DNA of 63,932 bases, the filler included, from an uncultured bacterium (GTDB lineage: Bacteria > CAYSBA01): NCBI GenBank assembly GCA_964429075.1. It is 7 parts of 7 records of this genome, joined end to end, with 100 filler letters (N's around TTAATTAATTAA, not from the genome) between each part and the next. Parts side by side here need not be neighbours in the genome. Positions count along the whole stretch, not along the records: positions 49,053 to 58,524 come from CAYSBA010000031.1; positions 58,625 to 63,932 come from CAYSBA010000112.1; 5 more parts are not named here. One strand, given 5' to 3'. Of the stretch, positions 49,840 to 62,076 are shown one piece after another. A program made the position numbers and the translations under genes. How positions within the stretch are numbered: the first letter of the stretch is position 1; each line of letters starts with the position of its first letter. Under the pieces are notes generated by a model. That model made no database searches and was not told where the DNA came from. It saw only the letters and a program-made list of their open reading frames with translations.

Positions 49840-52800
49840 ATGAAGGTACAAGAGAATTTTCTGATTCGTAGAGATTTTTCTAAGATTGATGTAATGGTTA
49901 AGATCTCTGATCTGATAGAGCTTCAAAAGAGATCTTATGAGGCTTTTTTACAGAAGGATGTCCCACCTGAGAAGAGGAAGAGAGAAGGACTACAAAAGGT
50001 ATTTATGGACCTGTTCCCTGTGGAAAACTACAACCGTACCGCAAGCCTTGACTTTGTTAAGTACCGAATTGAAGACCCTGTAATGACACCGGATGAGTGT
50101 AAGGATCGTGGAGAAACCTACTCTGTTTCACTATGGGTTACTCTGGCACTTGCTATTATGATAAGGGATGAGGATGATGAGGAGGGTCAGTTTCAGATCA
50201 AAGATGTAAAAGAGAGGGAGGTATATTTTGGTGAAATACCTATGATGACCGAAGATGGTCATTTTATTATAAATGGAATGGAGAGGGTAGTGGTCAGCCA
50301 GCTACATCGATCTCCGGGTGTATTCTTTGAAAAGAAGATTGCAAAGACAAAATCAAGAAAGATCCTATATTCTGGACGAATAATCCCTGAAAGGGGTTCA
50401 TGGCTCGAGATAGAATTTGATTCAAGAGATATCCTTCATGCAAGAATAGATAAACGTAAAAAGATTCCTGTAACAATTCTTCTTCATGCATTTGGATATT
50501 CAACTGAAGAGATTCTGGATTTTTACTATCCCCAACAGCTGTTTAAACTGAATAAGGATGGAAGTGTACAGACTGAATTCTCTCTATCGCAATGGGAGGG
50601 GAAGAAATTACAGGGTCCTATGAGAGATGCTGAAAATGGTGAGGTGCTTATTGATGAAGGGGAGCAGGTAACAAAGGAGAATGCTCCAGAGGATGGTAAG
50701 CAGATCCTGTTAAATTCGAGTGAGATATTCGACAAGGTTGTATCCAGGGATGTCTATGAACCCTCCACAGGAGAGATGCTTGTTGCAGCTGGTGAAAAGC
50801 TTACACAGTCTATTTACCTTAAGTTATTCAATCATAATATAGATGAGGTATATCTTGCAGAGATTGAGAATTCCAACGCAGGTCCTTTTGTATACAATAC
50901 AATGTGTAAACATCAACCGATGTCAGATATTGAGGCCAAGGTTGAGATATACAAGGCGTTAAGACCGGGGGAACACCCTCTTGAAGATGTGGCTGAGAGT
51001 TTCTTTTACCATCTTTTTTTGGATCCCAAAAGATACGACCTGATGAAGGTGGGGAGAAAAAAGATAAATGATAGATTTGGCTTAAATTATGATATCTATA
51101 ATGATACAACCCTTAAAGGTGAAGATATTCTTCACACCATCAGGTATCTATGTGAGATAAAACTCCAGAAACATGATATTGACGACATTGATCATCTGGG
51201 AAACAGAAGGGTAAGACCGGTAGGTGAACTCCTTGAAAATCAGTTTAGGATAGGTCTTACAAGGTTAGAATCCAACTTAAGAGAGAGGATGAGTGTCCAG
51301 GATATAGATTCAATGCTACCTACCGATCTAATAAATGTAAAGCCGCTATCTGCAATAATCAAGAAATTTTTTGCATCCGGTCAGCTTTCTCAATACATGG
51401 ATCAGACAAACCCTCTGGCAGAAACCACACATAAAAGAAGATTGAGTGCCCTTGGACCGGGTGGATTAACAAGGGAAAGGGCAGGATTTGAGGTAAGGGA
51501 TGTTCATCCAAGCCACTACGGGAGGATCTGCCCAATAGAGACCCCGGAAGGTCCTAACATTGGACTTATATCCTCACTTGCCATCTATGCAAAGGTGAAT
51601 GAATTTGGTTTCATAGAAACACCCTATATCCCTGTTAAAAATGGGAAGCCTCTAAATAAAGTAGAATACTTAGATGCCTTTCAGGAACAGGGGAAAAAGA
51701 TTACCGAAAGTTTGCAGCTCTTTATTGGGAGTTCTAACGGAAAAAAAGAGCTTCCAAAGTTCTGTGATGCAAGATATAATGGAGAATTTGTTTTTGTTCC
51801 ATCAAAGGAGGTGGATTATATTGATGTTGCCTCAAATCAGATGTTGAGTGTTGCTGCAAGCCTTATCCCATTTCTTGAACATGATGACGCAAACCGAGCC
51901 CTTATGGGTTCAAACATGCAGAGACAGGCGGTGCCACTTCATAAGACAGAACCTCCCTTTGTTGGTACAGGCATGGAAAAGGAGGTGGCAAAATACTCGA
52001 GGGCCACAGTTACTGCAAAAAGAGATGGGGTTGTTGTATCTGCTGATGCAAACAGGATTATTGTAAAGACAGATGACAGTGAAAATCCTATTGATATATA
52101 TTATCTTAAAAAGTTTGAGAAATCCAATCAGGATACATGTAAGAATCAGAGACCTATTGTAAATGTTGGTGATAGGGTAAAGAGAGGTGATGTTATAGCT
52201 GATGGCATGGCAACAGCCTGTGGAGAGCTTGCCCTTGGCAAAAATCTGTTAGTTGCGTTCATGCCGTGGGAAGGCTACAATTTTGAAGATGCCATCCTGA
52301 TAAGCGAAAGACTGGTAAGGGACAATGTTTTTGATTCAATACATATTAAAGAGTTTGAGGTGGTGGCAAGAGAGACCCATATGGGCAAGGAGGAGATTAC
52401 AAGGGATATACCGAATGTAAGTGAAGAGGCACTTAAAAATCTGGATGAGAGTGGAATAATAAGGATAGGTGCGAAGGTAAAACCTGGAGATATACTTGTA
52501 GGTAAGATTACACCAAGGGGAGAGACACAGCTATCTCCTGAAGAAAAGCTATTGCGGGCTATCTTCGGTAAAAAGGCTGCGTCAGTCAAAGATTCTTCCT
52601 TTAGGGTTCCAAACGGTGTTGAAGGTACTGTAATAGATGTAAAGGTTTACTTGAGAAGAGGAACAAAGAAAAATAAAAGAGAACAGGAAATCGAAAGAGA
52701 ACAGGAGAGATTGCTTGTACAGGAAGAGAGTGATAGAATCTCAATCCTGACAGAGATTTTTAGACACAAAGTTGCAGAAATTACACAGGGCAAAAAGCTA

Positions 52801-53955
52801 AAAAAATCAATTAAAAATAAGAAAGGAGAAATACTTCTTGAGGCAGGGACAAAACTCTCATATGAAAAATTAATACATTTGAACGGTCAGCAGCTAAAAA
52901 GGATAGAGGTTGTGGATAAGGATGAATCAGCTATTGCAGAAGATATCAAAAAAGCTGGCCTGTGGTACGAAAAGGCAGTCGCAGACACCAGAGAAGATAT
53001 TAAAAACAGGCTGACTAAATTGAAAGGAGGTTACAATCTACAACCAGGTGTTCTTAAAAAGGTAAAAGTAAAGGTTGCAACAAAACGCCGTATATCAATT
53101 GGTGACAAACTTGCTGGACGACATGGTAACAAGGGAGTTATCTCAAAGATATTGCCGGTTGAAGATATGCCTCATCTTGAGGATGGTACTCCAGTTGATA
53201 TCGTTCTCAGTCCACTCGGTGTTCCAAGTCGTATGAATGTTGGACAGCTGTTTGAGCTACACCTTGGACTGTGCAGCTACATGATCGGCAAAAAGATACA
53301 AGAGATGCTGGCAAACAATGCAAGCGTTGCAGAATTGAGAGAATTTTTGAAAAAGGTACTGGCTGTTAAAAAGCTTCAAGAATTTGTAGATACACTTGAT
53401 GATGATGATGTGATTGCCTTAGCAGAGAAGTTCAAAGATGGTCTATACATGAACAGTCCCTCCTTTCAGGGCGCTTCTGAGGAGGATATAAAAAGGCTAC
53501 TTAAAGAATTGGATCTTCCTGAAGATGGAAGGCTCACTCTATATGATGGTAGAACTGGAGAGCCCTTTGATTCCCCTATCGCAGTAGGCAGCATGTACAT
53601 AATGAAACTCATACATATGGTCGAGGATAAAGTACATGCTCGTTCAACTGGCCCATATTCACTGATTACGCAACAACCTCTGGGTGGTAAGGCTCAATTT
53701 GGAGGACAGAGGTTGGGAGAGATGGAGGTTTGGGCACTTGAGGCCTATGGTGCTGCATATACTCTTCAGGAGTTTTTGACCGTAAAATCCGATGATGTTC
53801 AGGGAAGAATAAAGATGTATGAATCTATTGTAAAGGGTGATAACACCTTAAAGGCAGGTATTCCTGAGCCGTTTAAGGTGTTAATCAAGGAATTAAGGGG
53901 ACTATGCCTTGATGTACAATTACTCAAGGTGGATAAAAAGAAAATGGAGGAGTAG
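49840..53955 (+). CDS. rpoB: RNA polymerase beta subunit
   Basis: SQLHRSPG, THKRRLSALGPGG, GDKLAGRHGNKG, GEMEVWALEAYG. Confidence 0.99.
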   Translation: MKVQENFLIRRDFSKIDVMVKISDLIELQKRSYEAFLQKDVPPEKRKREGLQKVFMDLFPVENYNRTASLDFVKYRIEDPVMTPDECKDRGETYSVSLWVTLALAIMIRDEDDEEGQFQIKDVKEREVYFGEIPMMTEDGHFIINGMERVVVSQLHRSPGVFFEKKIAKTKSRKILYSGRIIPERGSWLEIEFDSRDILHARIDKRKKIPVTILLHAFGYSTEEILDFYYPQQLFKLNKDGSVQTEFSLSQWEGKKLQGPMRDAENGEVLIDEGEQVTKENAPEDGKQILLNSSEIFDKVVSRDVYEPSTGEMLVAAGEKLTQSIYLKLFNHNIDEVYLAEIENSNAGPFVYNTMCKHQPMSDIEAKVEIYKALRPGEHPLEDVAESFFYHLFLDPKRYDLMKVGRKKINDRFGLNYDIYNDTTLKGEDILHTIRYLCEIKLQKHDIDDIDHLGNRRVRPVGELLENQFRIGLTRLESNLRERMSVQDIDSMLPTDLINVKPLSAIIKKFFASGQLSQYMDQTNPLAETTHKRRLSALGPGGLTRERAGFEVRDVHPSHYGRICPIETPEGPNIGLISSLAIYAKVNEFGFIETPYIPVKNGKPLNKVEYLDAFQEQGKKITESLQLFIGSSNGKKELPKFCDARYNGEFVFVPSKEVDYIDVASNQMLSVAASLIPFLEHDDANRALMGSNMQRQAVPLHKTEPPFVGTGMEKEVAKYSRATVTAKRDGVVVSADANRIIVKTDDSENPIDIYYLKKFEKSNQDTCKNQRPIVNVGDRVKRGDVIADGMATACGELALGKNLLVAFMPWEGYNFEDAILISERLVRDNVFDSIHIKEFEVVARETHMGKEEITRDIPNVSEEALKNLDESGIIRIGAKVKPGDILVGKITPRGETQLSPEEKLLRAIFGKKAASVKDSSFRVPNGVEGTVIDVKVYLRRGTKKNKREQEIEREQERLLVQEESDRISILTEIFRHKVAEITQGKKLKKSIKNKKGEILLEAGTKLSYEKLIHLNGQQLKRIEVVDKDESAIAEDIKKAGLWYEKAVADTREDIKNRLTKLKGGYNLQPGVLKKVKVKVATKRRISIGDKLAGRHGNKGVISKILPVEDMPHLEDGTPVDIVLSPLGVPSRMNVGQLFELHLGLCSYMIGKKIQEMLANNASVAELREFLKKVLAVKKLQEFVDTLDDDDVIALAEKFKDGLYMNSPSFQGASEEDIKRLLKELDLPEDGRLTLYDGRTGEPFDSPIAVGSMYIMKLIHMVEDKVHARSTGPYSLITQQPLGGKAQFGGQRLGEMEVWALEAYGAAYTLQEFLTVKSDDVQGRIKMYESIVKGDNTLKAGIPEPFKVLIKELRGLCLDVQLLKVDKKKMEE

Positions 53956-53958
53956 ATC

Positions 53959-56900
53959 ATGAGAGATGTCTTTAAATATCAATTACAACCAAAGCAGACT
54001 ACCGATTTTAATGCAATAAGACTCTCTCTATTGCCACCAGAAAAGATCCTTGAAGAATCATATGGAGAGGTCAAAAAGGCTGAGACATTGAACTACAGAA
54101 CCTTCAAACCAGAGCAGGATGGTCTATTCTGCGCAAAGATTTTTGGTCCGGTTAAGGATTATGAATGTAACTGTGGTAAATATAAGAGAAGAAAACATCA
54201 GGGTATCGTCTGCGAAAAATGTGGAGTTGAGGTGATAGAGTCTAAGGTGCGCAGGGAGAGAATGGGTCACATCACCCTTACAACACCTGTTGCTCATCCA
54301 TGGTTTTTAAAATCTCTTCCAAGTCGTATCGGTACACTTCTTGGTCTTACACTTAAAGATGCTGAAAAATTGATTTACTATGAATCCTATCTTGTCCTTG
54401 ACCCCAAAGATACTCCCCTAAGGTATGGACAATACCTCGATGAGGAGCAGTATAAAGAGGCGGTATTAAAATATGGTGAAGGGTCATTTGTTGCAAAGAT
54501 GGGGGCTGAGGCGGTCTATGAGTATTTTAAGAATATGGATCTTGAGGTTCTCGCTGCGGATCTTCATAAAAAGCTAAAAGAGGTAAAAAGCCAGGCGCAA
54601 AAGGAAAGGATAATAAAAAGATTAAGCATAGTGGATGCCCTGCTTAAATCTGGTAATAGGCCAGAATGGATGATACTTAAAGTGATACCAGTTATTCCGC
54701 CAGACCTGAGACCGCTGGTTCATCTGGAAGGAGGAAGGTTTGCAACGAGTGATCTTAATGATCTCTACAGGAGGGTAATAAACAGGAACAACAGACTGAA
54801 GAGGTTGATAGAGATTGGAGCACCAGAGATAATAGTAAGAAACGAAAAGAGGATGCTTCAGGAGGCAATAGATGCCCTCTTTGATAACAGTCGAAAACTG
54901 CGTGCAGTTACAGGTACAAATGGTCTTCCACTCAAATCACTAAGTGATATAATAAAGGGGAAATCGGGTAGGTTCAGACAGAATCTTCTTGGAAAGAGGG
55001 TGGACTATTCAGGTCGTTCTGCAATCGTAGTGGGTCCTGAGCTCAAGCTTCATCAGTGTGGTTTGCCAAAGATTATGGCACTTGAGCTTTTTAAACCATT
55101 TATTTTCAGAAAGCTACTGGAGAAGGGTTTTGTAAATACGATAAAGGCTGCCAAAAAGATGGTAGATGAAAAGCGTCCTGAAGTGTGGGAGATTTTAGAG
55201 GATGTAATCAGAGAACATCCTGTTTTATTGAACAGGGCCCCAACCCTGCATAGACTTGGCATTCAGGCATTTGAACCTATACTGGTAGAAGGAAAGGCAA
55301 TAGTGTTACATCCTCTCGTTTGTGTTGCGTACAACGCCGACTTCGATGGGGATCAGATGGCCGTTCATATACCACTTTCTCTTGAGGCACAGATAGAATC
55401 GAGAGTTCTTTTAATGTCAACTAATAACATCCTTAAACCGGCAAATGGAAAACCTATTATAGGTCCTACTCAGGATATGGTACTTGGGTTGAACTATATC
55501 ACCATAGAGAAGCCCTTTGTAAAAGGAGAGGGTAAGGTATTCTCTTCGCTCGAAGAGGTAAGGATGGCCTATGAGACAGGTAAGGTGGATATTCATGCAA
55601 GGATTGAGGTAAGGTTAAGAGGTAGGATGTATAAGACTACTGTAGGTAGAGTTCTCCTTGCTGACAGCATTCCCTCAAAGATACCATTTTCAGTCATAAA
55701 TAAACCATTAAAGAAGGGTGATATAAATAAACTTCTTGAGATGGTTTATAATGAACTTGGTGAGAAAGAGACTGTCCTGCTTGCTGATCGTTTAATGAGG
55801 CTTGGGTTTAAATATGCAACAAAGTCTGGAATATCAATTTGCGTTGATGACATGAGTGTCCCTGAAAAGAAGGCGAAGATTATAGAGCAGGCAAGAAAGA
55901 AGGTAAAAAGTATCGAAAAACAGTGGAAAGATGGAATATTAACAGAAGATGAAAAGATTAACAACATAATTGACATCTGGTCTGATGCAACTAACAAGGT
56001 AACAGAGGCACTGGAAAAATGTGTGAGCGAGAAGGAGTATGTAGATCCAAAGACTGGTAAAAAGAAGAAAGGTCACAGTTTTAATTCCATTTTTATGATG
56101 AAGGATTCTGGTGCAAGGGGCAGTATACATCAGGTAAGGCAGCTTGCAGGTATGAGAGGTTTGATGGCAAAACCGTCTGGAGAGATAATTCAGAATCCTA
56201 TTATATCAAACTTTAGAGAAGGGCTGGGAGTGCTCGAATATTTTATTTCAACTCATGGTGCAAGAAAAGGTCTGGCAGATACTGCGTTGAAAACAGCAAA
56301 TTCCGGTTATCTTACAAGGAAACTTGTAGATGTTGCTCACAATTGCACAATAACCATGAAAGATTGTGGTACCATAAATGGTATTGAAATAAGTGCACTG
56401 GTTGATAGTGGTGAGATAATTGAGCCACTAGCTGATAGGATACTTGGGAGGGTTGCTGCAGAACCAATTATTGAACCTATAACCGAAAAGGTTATTGTTG
56501 AGGCAAATCAGGAGATAGATGAAAAGGCGGTTGAGAGGATTGTGAATTCCGGAATTACTAAAGTTATGATAAGATCGGTACTCACATGTGAGGCAACTGA
56601 AGGTGTGTGCCAGCTATGTTACGGTAGAGACCTCGGAAGGGGCAGGATGGTAAATATTGGAGAAGCGGTAGGAGTAATTGCTGCGCAATCTATTGGAGAA
56701 CCTGGCACACAGCTTACAATGAGGACTTTCCACATCGGTGGTACAGCAAGCAGTCAGGTAGAACAGAGTAGTATTGAGACAAAATTTAGTGGTAAGGTTA
56801 AGCTTGTGAATGTCAAGACTGTTACAAAGAAAGATGGAACTACCATTGTAATGAATAGAAATGGACAGTTTATACTTATTGACAAAGATGGCAGAGAAAA

Positions 56901-58086
56901 AGAAAAGTACGATCTTGTCTATGGAGCAGAATTAAAGGTAAAAGATGGACAAAATATTAAGGCCGGTACACTTATAGCAAAATGGGATCCCTATGCAAGG
57001 ACTATACTTACAGAGGTATCTGGTTATGTTAAGTATGGAGATCTTATTGATAATGTTACCATAAAGGGTAAAATCGATGAGATCACCGGTAAGACAACAA
57101 AATCTGTAATAAAGACAACAAAGACAGAGCTGAGGCCAAGAATTTCTATTAAAGACAAGCTTGGTGAAGGGGCTGAGACACTGCAGATACCAGGTACTGA
57201 TCGTAGTGCAAGGTATGATTTACCTGTTGGTGCAATTATAACTGTAGATGAAGGTGACTATGTAGAGGCCGGTGATGTAATCGCAAAGATACCAAGAGAG
57301 CTAACAAAGACCAAAGACATAACTGGTGGTCTACCCAGAGTACAGGAGTTGTTTGAGGCAAGACGGCCGAAGGATGCTGCAATTGTCTCTGAGATAGATG
57401 GTGTTGTTAAAATTAGCAGGAATCTAATCAGAGGAACAAAGAGAAAGGTTGAGGTAATACCTGAGGTGGGTGAAAAAAAGGTATATTTCATTCCGAGAGA
57501 AAAGCATATACTTGTTCAGGATGGTGACACAATTAAGGCAGGCGAACAGATATGTGATGGGCAGGTTGATCCACACGATATCCTAAGGATTCTTGGTCTC
57601 AAAGAACTTGCTCGTTATTTGGTTGATGAGATACAGAAGGTCTACAAACTTCAGGGTGTTTCCATCAATGATAAACATATTGAGGTCATTATTAGGCAGA
57701 TGATAACAAAGGTGAAAATAGTTGATTCTGGTGACAGCAGGTTTTTACAAAATGAGGAGGTCGATCGTCGTACCTTTGAAAAGGTAAATCAAAAATTGAT
57801 AAAAGAGGGCAAAAAACCAGCATCTGCTGAACCGATTCTTGTAGGAATTACCAAGGCATCTCTAACTACAGACAGCTTTATATCTGCAGCATCATTCCAG
57901 GAAACCACAAGAGTATTAACTAAGGCAGCCTTAGAAGGACAGATAGACTATCTGAAAGGTCTAAAAGAGAATATAATTATTGGTGGTAGAATACCGGCTG
58001 GTACAGGTCTTGATGTCTATAGAAACTTTACAATGGAGATCAAAGAGCCAAAAGAAGAGGTGGATAGAGAGCATGCTGTGAGCTGA
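53959..58086 (+). CDS. rpoC: RNA polymerase beta' subunit
   Basis: NADFDGDQM active site, Zn ribbon, [13 protein letters not shown]. Confidence 0.99.
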   Translation: MRDVFKYQLQPKQTTDFNAIRLSLLPPEKILEESYGEVKKAETLNYRTFKPEQDGLFCAKIFGPVKDYECNCGKYKRRKHQGIVCEKCGVEVIESKVRRERMGHITLTTPVAHPWFLKSLPSRIGTLLGLTLKDAEKLIYYESYLVLDPKDTPLRYGQYLDEEQYKEAVLKYGEGSFVAKMGAEAVYEYFKNMDLEVLAADLHKKLKEVKSQAQKERIIKRLSIVDALLKSGNRPEWMILKVIPVIPPDLRPLVHLEGGRFATSDLNDLYRRVINRNNRLKRLIEIGAPEIIVRNEKRMLQEAIDALFDNSRKLRAVTGTNGLPLKSLSDIIKGKSGRFRQNLLGKRVDYSGRSAIVVGPELKLHQCGLPKIMALELFKPFIFRKLLEKGFVNTIKAAKKMVDEKRPEVWEILEDVIREHPVLLNRAPTLHRLGIQAFEPILVEGKAIVLHPLVCVAYNADFDGDQMAVHIPLSLEAQIESRVLLMSTNNILKPANGKPIIGPTQDMVLGLNYITIEKPFVKGEGKVFSSLEEVRMAYETGKVDIHARIEVRLRGRMYKTTVGRVLLADSIPSKIPFSVINKPLKKGDINKLLEMVYNELGEKETVLLADRLMRLGFKYATKSGISICVDDMSVPEKKAKIIEQARKKVKSIEKQWKDGILTEDEKINNIIDIWSDATNKVTEALEKCVSEKEYVDPKTGKKKKGHSFNSIFMMKDSGARGSIHQVRQLAGMRGLMAKPSGEIIQNPIISNFREGLGVLEYFISTHGARKGLADTALKTANSGYLTRKLVDVAHNCTITMKDCGTINGIEISALVDSGEIIEPLADRILGRVAAEPIIEPITEKVIVEANQEIDEKAVERIVNSGITKVMIRSVLTCEATEGVCQLCYGRDLGRGRMVNIGEAVGVIAAQSIGEPGTQLTMRTFHIGGTASSQVEQSSIETKFSGKVKLVNVKTVTKKDGTTIVMNRNGQFILIDKDGREKEKYDLVYGAELKVKDGQNIKAGTLIAKWDPYARTILTEVSGYVKYGDLIDNVTIKGKIDEITGKTTKSVIKTTKTELRPRISIKDKLGEGAETLQIPGTDRSARYDLPVGAIITVDEGDYVEAGDVIAKIPRELTKTKDITGGLPRVQELFEARRPKDAAIVSEIDGVVKISRNLIRGTKRKVEVIPEVGEKKVYFIPREKHILVQDGDTIKAGEQICDGQVDPHDILRILGLKELARYLVDEIQKVYKLQGVSINDKHIEVIIRQMITKVKIVDSGDSRFLQNEEVDRRTFEKVNQKLIKEGKKPASAEPILVGITKASLTTDSFISAASFQETTRVLTKAALEGQIDYLKGLKENIIIGGRIPAGTGLDVYRNFTMEIKEPKEEVDREHAVS

Positions 58087-58089
58087 TCG

Positions 58090-58524
58090 GTGCCTGTTGG
58101 AGTATCATTAAAGAGATTAATTGCCTCTGTTGTTGATGGAGTGTTAGTCGCACTCCCGTGTATAGCACTGAATCTTATAACTGTAGATTTATATTCCCCC
58201 TATAGGTTATGGGCAATAAAGGAGTCGTTCCCAAACTGGATCGCAGCATATCTTCTTGAATTTGGGTATCCTCTGGTATTTTTTACATCTATTTTCTTTC
58301 TTATTTTACTGTTTACATATCAATACTACTTTTTTGTAACAAAAGCTCAGACCCCGGGAATGCAATTGGTTCGTTTAAAAATAGGTACAATAGATAAAAA
58401 ACGGGTCATGCTCAGGATTTTTGGTAATCTTCTCTCATTTTTAACCCTTGGATTTTTATTTTTTATTACTTTTTGTAAGGTAAATAAAACTTTATTATAT
58501 CATTTTTTAAACTTTGATAAATAT
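58090..58524 (+). CDS. RDD family membrane protein, 3'-truncated
   Basis: KRLIASVVDG...QTPGMQLVRLKI. Confidence 0.75.
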
Positions 58525-58624
58525 NNNNNNNNNNNNNNNNNNNNNNNNNNNNNNNNNNNNNNNNNNNNTTAATTAATTAANNNNNNNNNNNNNNNNNNNN
58601 NNNNNNNNNNNNNNNNNNNNNNNN
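58525..58624. other. Artificial contig-join spacer
   Basis: N run with central TTAATTAATTAA. Confidence 0.98.
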
Positions 58625-58735
58625 CATCTAACCTATGTTACTTCTAAAGAAATTTTGTTACTTAATTCTGCAAAATCACCTTTTCATCTATGTCTATTTG
58701 ACTTGATATATAAAGAGTAATATATTGACTGTACT

Positions 58736-59512
58736 ATGAAGATACTGCTAACAAACGATGATGGCCCAAATTCTGAACATCTCTGGCTGATGCGTGATTT
58801 TCTAATAAGGCTTGGAGATGTAACAACAGTAATCCCCGAACTTGAAAGAAGCGGAAGTTCGCAGGCAATATCTTTAAGAAACCCACTGAGAATAAATCAA
58901 CTTATTGGCAGAGGCAAGAATGTCTACACTGTAGATGGAAATCCTGTCGATTGTGTTTATATTGCACTCGGATTTCTGTTCTCCAGTCCTCCTGATCTTA
59001 TTGTATCTGGCCTTAATCCAGGTCCAAACATAGGTATTGATGTTAATTATTCAGGGACAGTTGGAGCAGCTCTTGAGGGAGCAATCCATGATATCCCCTC
59101 ATTTTCAGTCTCCTATGCAACCAACAGGAATATTAGTGAGATTTCGCAAAATGTATTAAACGAATGTATATCTATTATAAAACTGCTGTACAACAAATAC
59201 AAAAAAAAAGGAATTGCGTTCAACATCAATCTCCCTGACATCAAAGCACCCAAGGGGATTAAATTTACAAGACTCGGTGGTAAGAGATACAGAACAACTG
59301 TAGTAGAAAAGAAGGATCCAAGAGGTAGAAAATATTACTGGATAGATGGTCAGGAAATTGGTCACAGAATCTACCCTGACGCAGATGACGCCCTTCTTTT
59401 TGATGGCTATATCACCATAACCCCACTGAGCATAAACAGAACCGATACAGAAACATTAAAAAGACTCAAAGATATGAATACAGGGACTCTGCTTAATGAA
59501 CAACTTAATTGA
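58736..59512 (+). CDS. surE: 5'/3'-nucleotidase SurE
   Basis: ILLTNDDG, SGLNPGPN, YSGTVGAALEG, DPRGRKYYW; promoter TTGACT-N17-TATATT at 58698-58726. Confidence 0.94.
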   Translation: MKILLTNDDGPNSEHLWLMRDFLIRLGDVTTVIPELERSGSSQAISLRNPLRINQLIGRGKNVYTVDGNPVDCVYIALGFLFSSPPDLIVSGLNPGPNIGIDVNYSGTVGAALEGAIHDIPSFSVSYATNRNISEISQNVLNECISIIKLLYNKYKKKGIAFNINLPDIKAPKGIKFTRLGGKRYRTTVVEKKDPRGRKYYWIDGQEIGHRIYPDADDALLFDGYITITPLSINRTDTETLKRLKDMNTGTLLNEQLN

Positions 59513-60107
59513 TCGTTTAAAGAGACTATACCACTGGACAATCTCCCTTGCCAAAAGTCGATATGCATCCTTAGCTCTGGCCGTTGTGGCCTTCTCAGAG
59601 GCCTCTTTTTTTATAATTCCGCCTGACGTTGTACTCCTTCCAATGTGTATAGCAAGACCAAAAAGATCACTCCTCTACGCATCTGTTGCCACACTTTTTT
59701 CTACACTTGGTGGTGTGGTTGGTTATTTTATCGGTGCCTACCTTTTTAACTCAGTGGGACAATGGTTACTCGATGTATATCATCTACAGGATCATTTTGA
59801 TACTGCAAAGGAAGTACTGTTACACTATCAATTTTTTGCTATCTTTTTTGCTGCCCTTACCCCGATTCCCTATAAATTGCTGACAATCACTTCGGGCATC
59901 TTAGAATTTAATATACTAACAGTAATATTTGCATCTTTGAGTGGCAGAGGGCTAAGATTCTTTACTATATCTGGTGTTGTCATGATACTTGGAGATGATG
60001 CAGAAGATTTTATAGATCGCAACTTTGAGAAGATAACCATTGCCCTTTTTGTCCTGTTAGTTGTCTTATATCTGTTTTTTAAAAAACTGCAGCTTTTCAA
60101 TATTTGA
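59496..60107 (+). CDS. YqaA/DedA family membrane protein
   Basis: FSEASFFIIPPDVVL, TPIPYK, GRGLRFF. Confidence 0.9.
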   Translation: MNNLIDRLKRLYHWTISLAKSRYASLALAVVAFSEASFFIIPPDVVLLPMCIARPKRSLLYASVATLFSTLGGVVGYFIGAYLFNSVGQWLLDVYHLQDHFDTAKEVLLHYQFFAIFFAALTPIPYKLLTITSGILEFNILTVIFASLSGRGLRFFTISGVVMILGDDAEDFIDRNFEKITIALFVLLVVLYLFFKKLQLFNI

Positions 60108-60165
60108 CACCAACTCTTTTTTTGTGTTAGCAATAGCTATAATCTTTTGTTGGGAGGGTAAGATC

Positions 60166-61341
60166 ATGACAAAATCAGTAATAGTTGGAGCAGCAAGAAC
60201 ACCAATAGGAAGTTTTGGTGGAGCTCTCAGTAAAATTCCTGCCCCCAAGCTTGGATCAATCGCAATAAAGGCAGCAATTGAGAGGGCCGGGATCTCCAAA
60301 GATCAGGTTGATCAGGTCATAATGGGAAATGTGCTTACAGCTGGCGAAGGTCAGGCACCTGCAAGACAGGCTACAATCTTTGCTGGCCTCCCTGAATCAA
60401 CCGGTGCTGTAACAATTAACAAGGTCTGTGGATCAGGTCTCTTCTCTGTCATGATGGCAGATATGATGATAAGGTGTGGTGAGGCTACTGTTGTTGTTGC
60501 AGGAGGTATGGAAAACATGAGTCAGGCTCCATATCTACTGGATAAGGCAAGATCAGGCTATCGCCTTGGACATGGTACCCTTGTAGACTCAATGATCAAA
60601 GATGGACTATGGGACGTCTATAACGACTTTCACATGGGCAACGCAGCAGAATTGTGTAGCAGAGAGATGAATATCTCAAGACAGGAGCAGGATGAATTTG
60701 CCAAAGAGAGCTATTTAAGGTCTCAGAAGGCAATCAAAGAGGGACTTTTTGTTGACGAAATTGTCCCTGTAGAGGTCCCTCAGAAAAAGGGCGATCCTGT
60801 TGTAGTAGATACTGATGAAGAACCTATGAGAGGTAAGATTGAAAAGCTCCCGGCATTAAGACCTGCATTTGAAAAAGATGGCACTGTTACTGCAGGTAAC
60901 GCATCAAGCATAAACGACGGAGCAGCTGCTGTGGTGGTGGTCTCTGAAGAGTTTGCAAAACAACATAATCTCCCTATACTTGCTACTATAGTTGGACACA
61001 CAACACATTCTCAAAAGCCAGAATGGTTCACAATAGCACCTGCTGGCGCTATCGAAAAACTTTTAAAAAGATTCAATCTATCAAAAGAAGAGATAGATCT
61101 ATATGAGATCAATGAGGCCTTTAGCGTGGTCTCCTGCGCAGTAAATAAAAAGCTCGACCTCGATCCTTCAAAGGTAAATGTCCACGGTGGAGCAGTATCC
61201 CTTGGTCACCCAATTGGTGCAAGCGGGACGAGGATACTTGTAACACTCCTTTATGCCATGAAACGCTATGATAAGAAACGGGGCATTGCAAGCCTATGCA
61301 TAGGAGGTGGAGAGGCAGTGGCAATGCTTGTAGAAAGATAG
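60166..61341 (+). CDS. Acetyl-CoA C-acetyltransferase (thiolase II)
   Basis: NKVCGSG, NEAF, GHPIGASG, CIGGGE; GGAGGG SD before ATG 60166. Confidence 0.94.
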   Translation: MTKSVIVGAARTPIGSFGGALSKIPAPKLGSIAIKAAIERAGISKDQVDQVIMGNVLTAGEGQAPARQATIFAGLPESTGAVTINKVCGSGLFSVMMADMMIRCGEATVVVAGGMENMSQAPYLLDKARSGYRLGHGTLVDSMIKDGLWDVYNDFHMGNAAELCSREMNISRQEQDEFAKESYLRSQKAIKEGLFVDEIVPVEVPQKKGDPVVVDTDEEPMRGKIEKLPALRPAFEKDGTVTAGNASSINDGAAAVVVVSEEFAKQHNLPILATIVGHTTHSQKPEWFTIAPAGAIEKLLKRFNLSKEEIDLYEINEAFSVVSCAVNKKLDLDPSKVNVHGGAVSLGHPIGASGTRILVTLLYAMKRYDKKRGIASLCIGGGEAVAMLVER

Positions 61342-61357
61342 AGTAGGAGGATAAAAC

Positions 61358-62056
61358 ATGAATAAGGTATTCAAAGATGCAAAAGAGGCCATCTTCGATG
61401 TAACAGATGGGGCAACTATTATGGTTGGTGGATTTGGCCTCTGTGGTAATCCAGAAAATCTAATTAAGGCTGTAAGAGATAAGGGAATCAAGAACCTTAC
61501 GATAATCAGCAACAACTGTGGCATCGATGACAAAGGTCTTGGTATACTGCTTCAGAGCAAGCAGGTAAAAAAGATGATATCTACATATGTCGGTGAAAAC
61601 AAGGAATTTGAAAGGCAATTTTTGGCTGGCGAGCTTGAAGTTGAACTGATACCCCAGGGAACATTTGCAGAAAAGATCAGGGCAGGTGGTGCAGGTATTG
61701 GAGGATTCTATACCCCTACAGGTGTTGGCACAGTAAGGGAGGAAGTATGTGAAAAGAGGATAATCAACGGTAAAGAATACCTTCTTGAATATCCACTAAC
61801 TGCCGATTTTGCCTTTGTTAAGGCATACATTGGAGATAAAATGGGGAATCTCGTATATAGAAAGACTGCAAGGAATTTTAATCCAATGATGGCCATGGCC
61901 GGTAAGATAACAATTGCAGAGGTAGAGATCCTTGTAGAACCAGGAGAGATAGATCCAGATCACATACACACACCAGGTATTTTTGTTCAAAGGATATTTC
62001 AAGGAACTGACTATGAAAAACCTATAGAACAACTTACAACAAGGCCAAGACCCTGA
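61358..62056 (+). CDS. scoA: 3-oxoacid CoA-transferase subunit A
   Basis: [38 protein letters not shown]. Confidence 0.9.
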   Translation: MNKVFKDAKEAIFDVTDGATIMVGGFGLCGNPENLIKAVRDKGIKNLTIISNNCGIDDKGLGILLQSKQVKKMISTYVGENKEFERQFLAGELEVELIPQGTFAEKIRAGGAGIGGFYTPTGVGTVREEVCEKRIINGKEYLLEYPLTADFAFVKAYIGDKMGNLVYRKTARNFNPMMAMAGKITIAEVEILVEPGEIDPDHIHTPGIFVQRIFQGTDYEKPIEQLTTRPRP

Positions 62057-62076
62057 ATAGTAAGGTGGAGGATACA

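Noticed and set aside
51367-51470. RpoB rifampicin region variants (QLSQYMDQ, PLAETTHKRR)
   Set aside because: The key Q513, D516, H526, R529 and S531 equivalents are intact, so resistance cannot be claimed.
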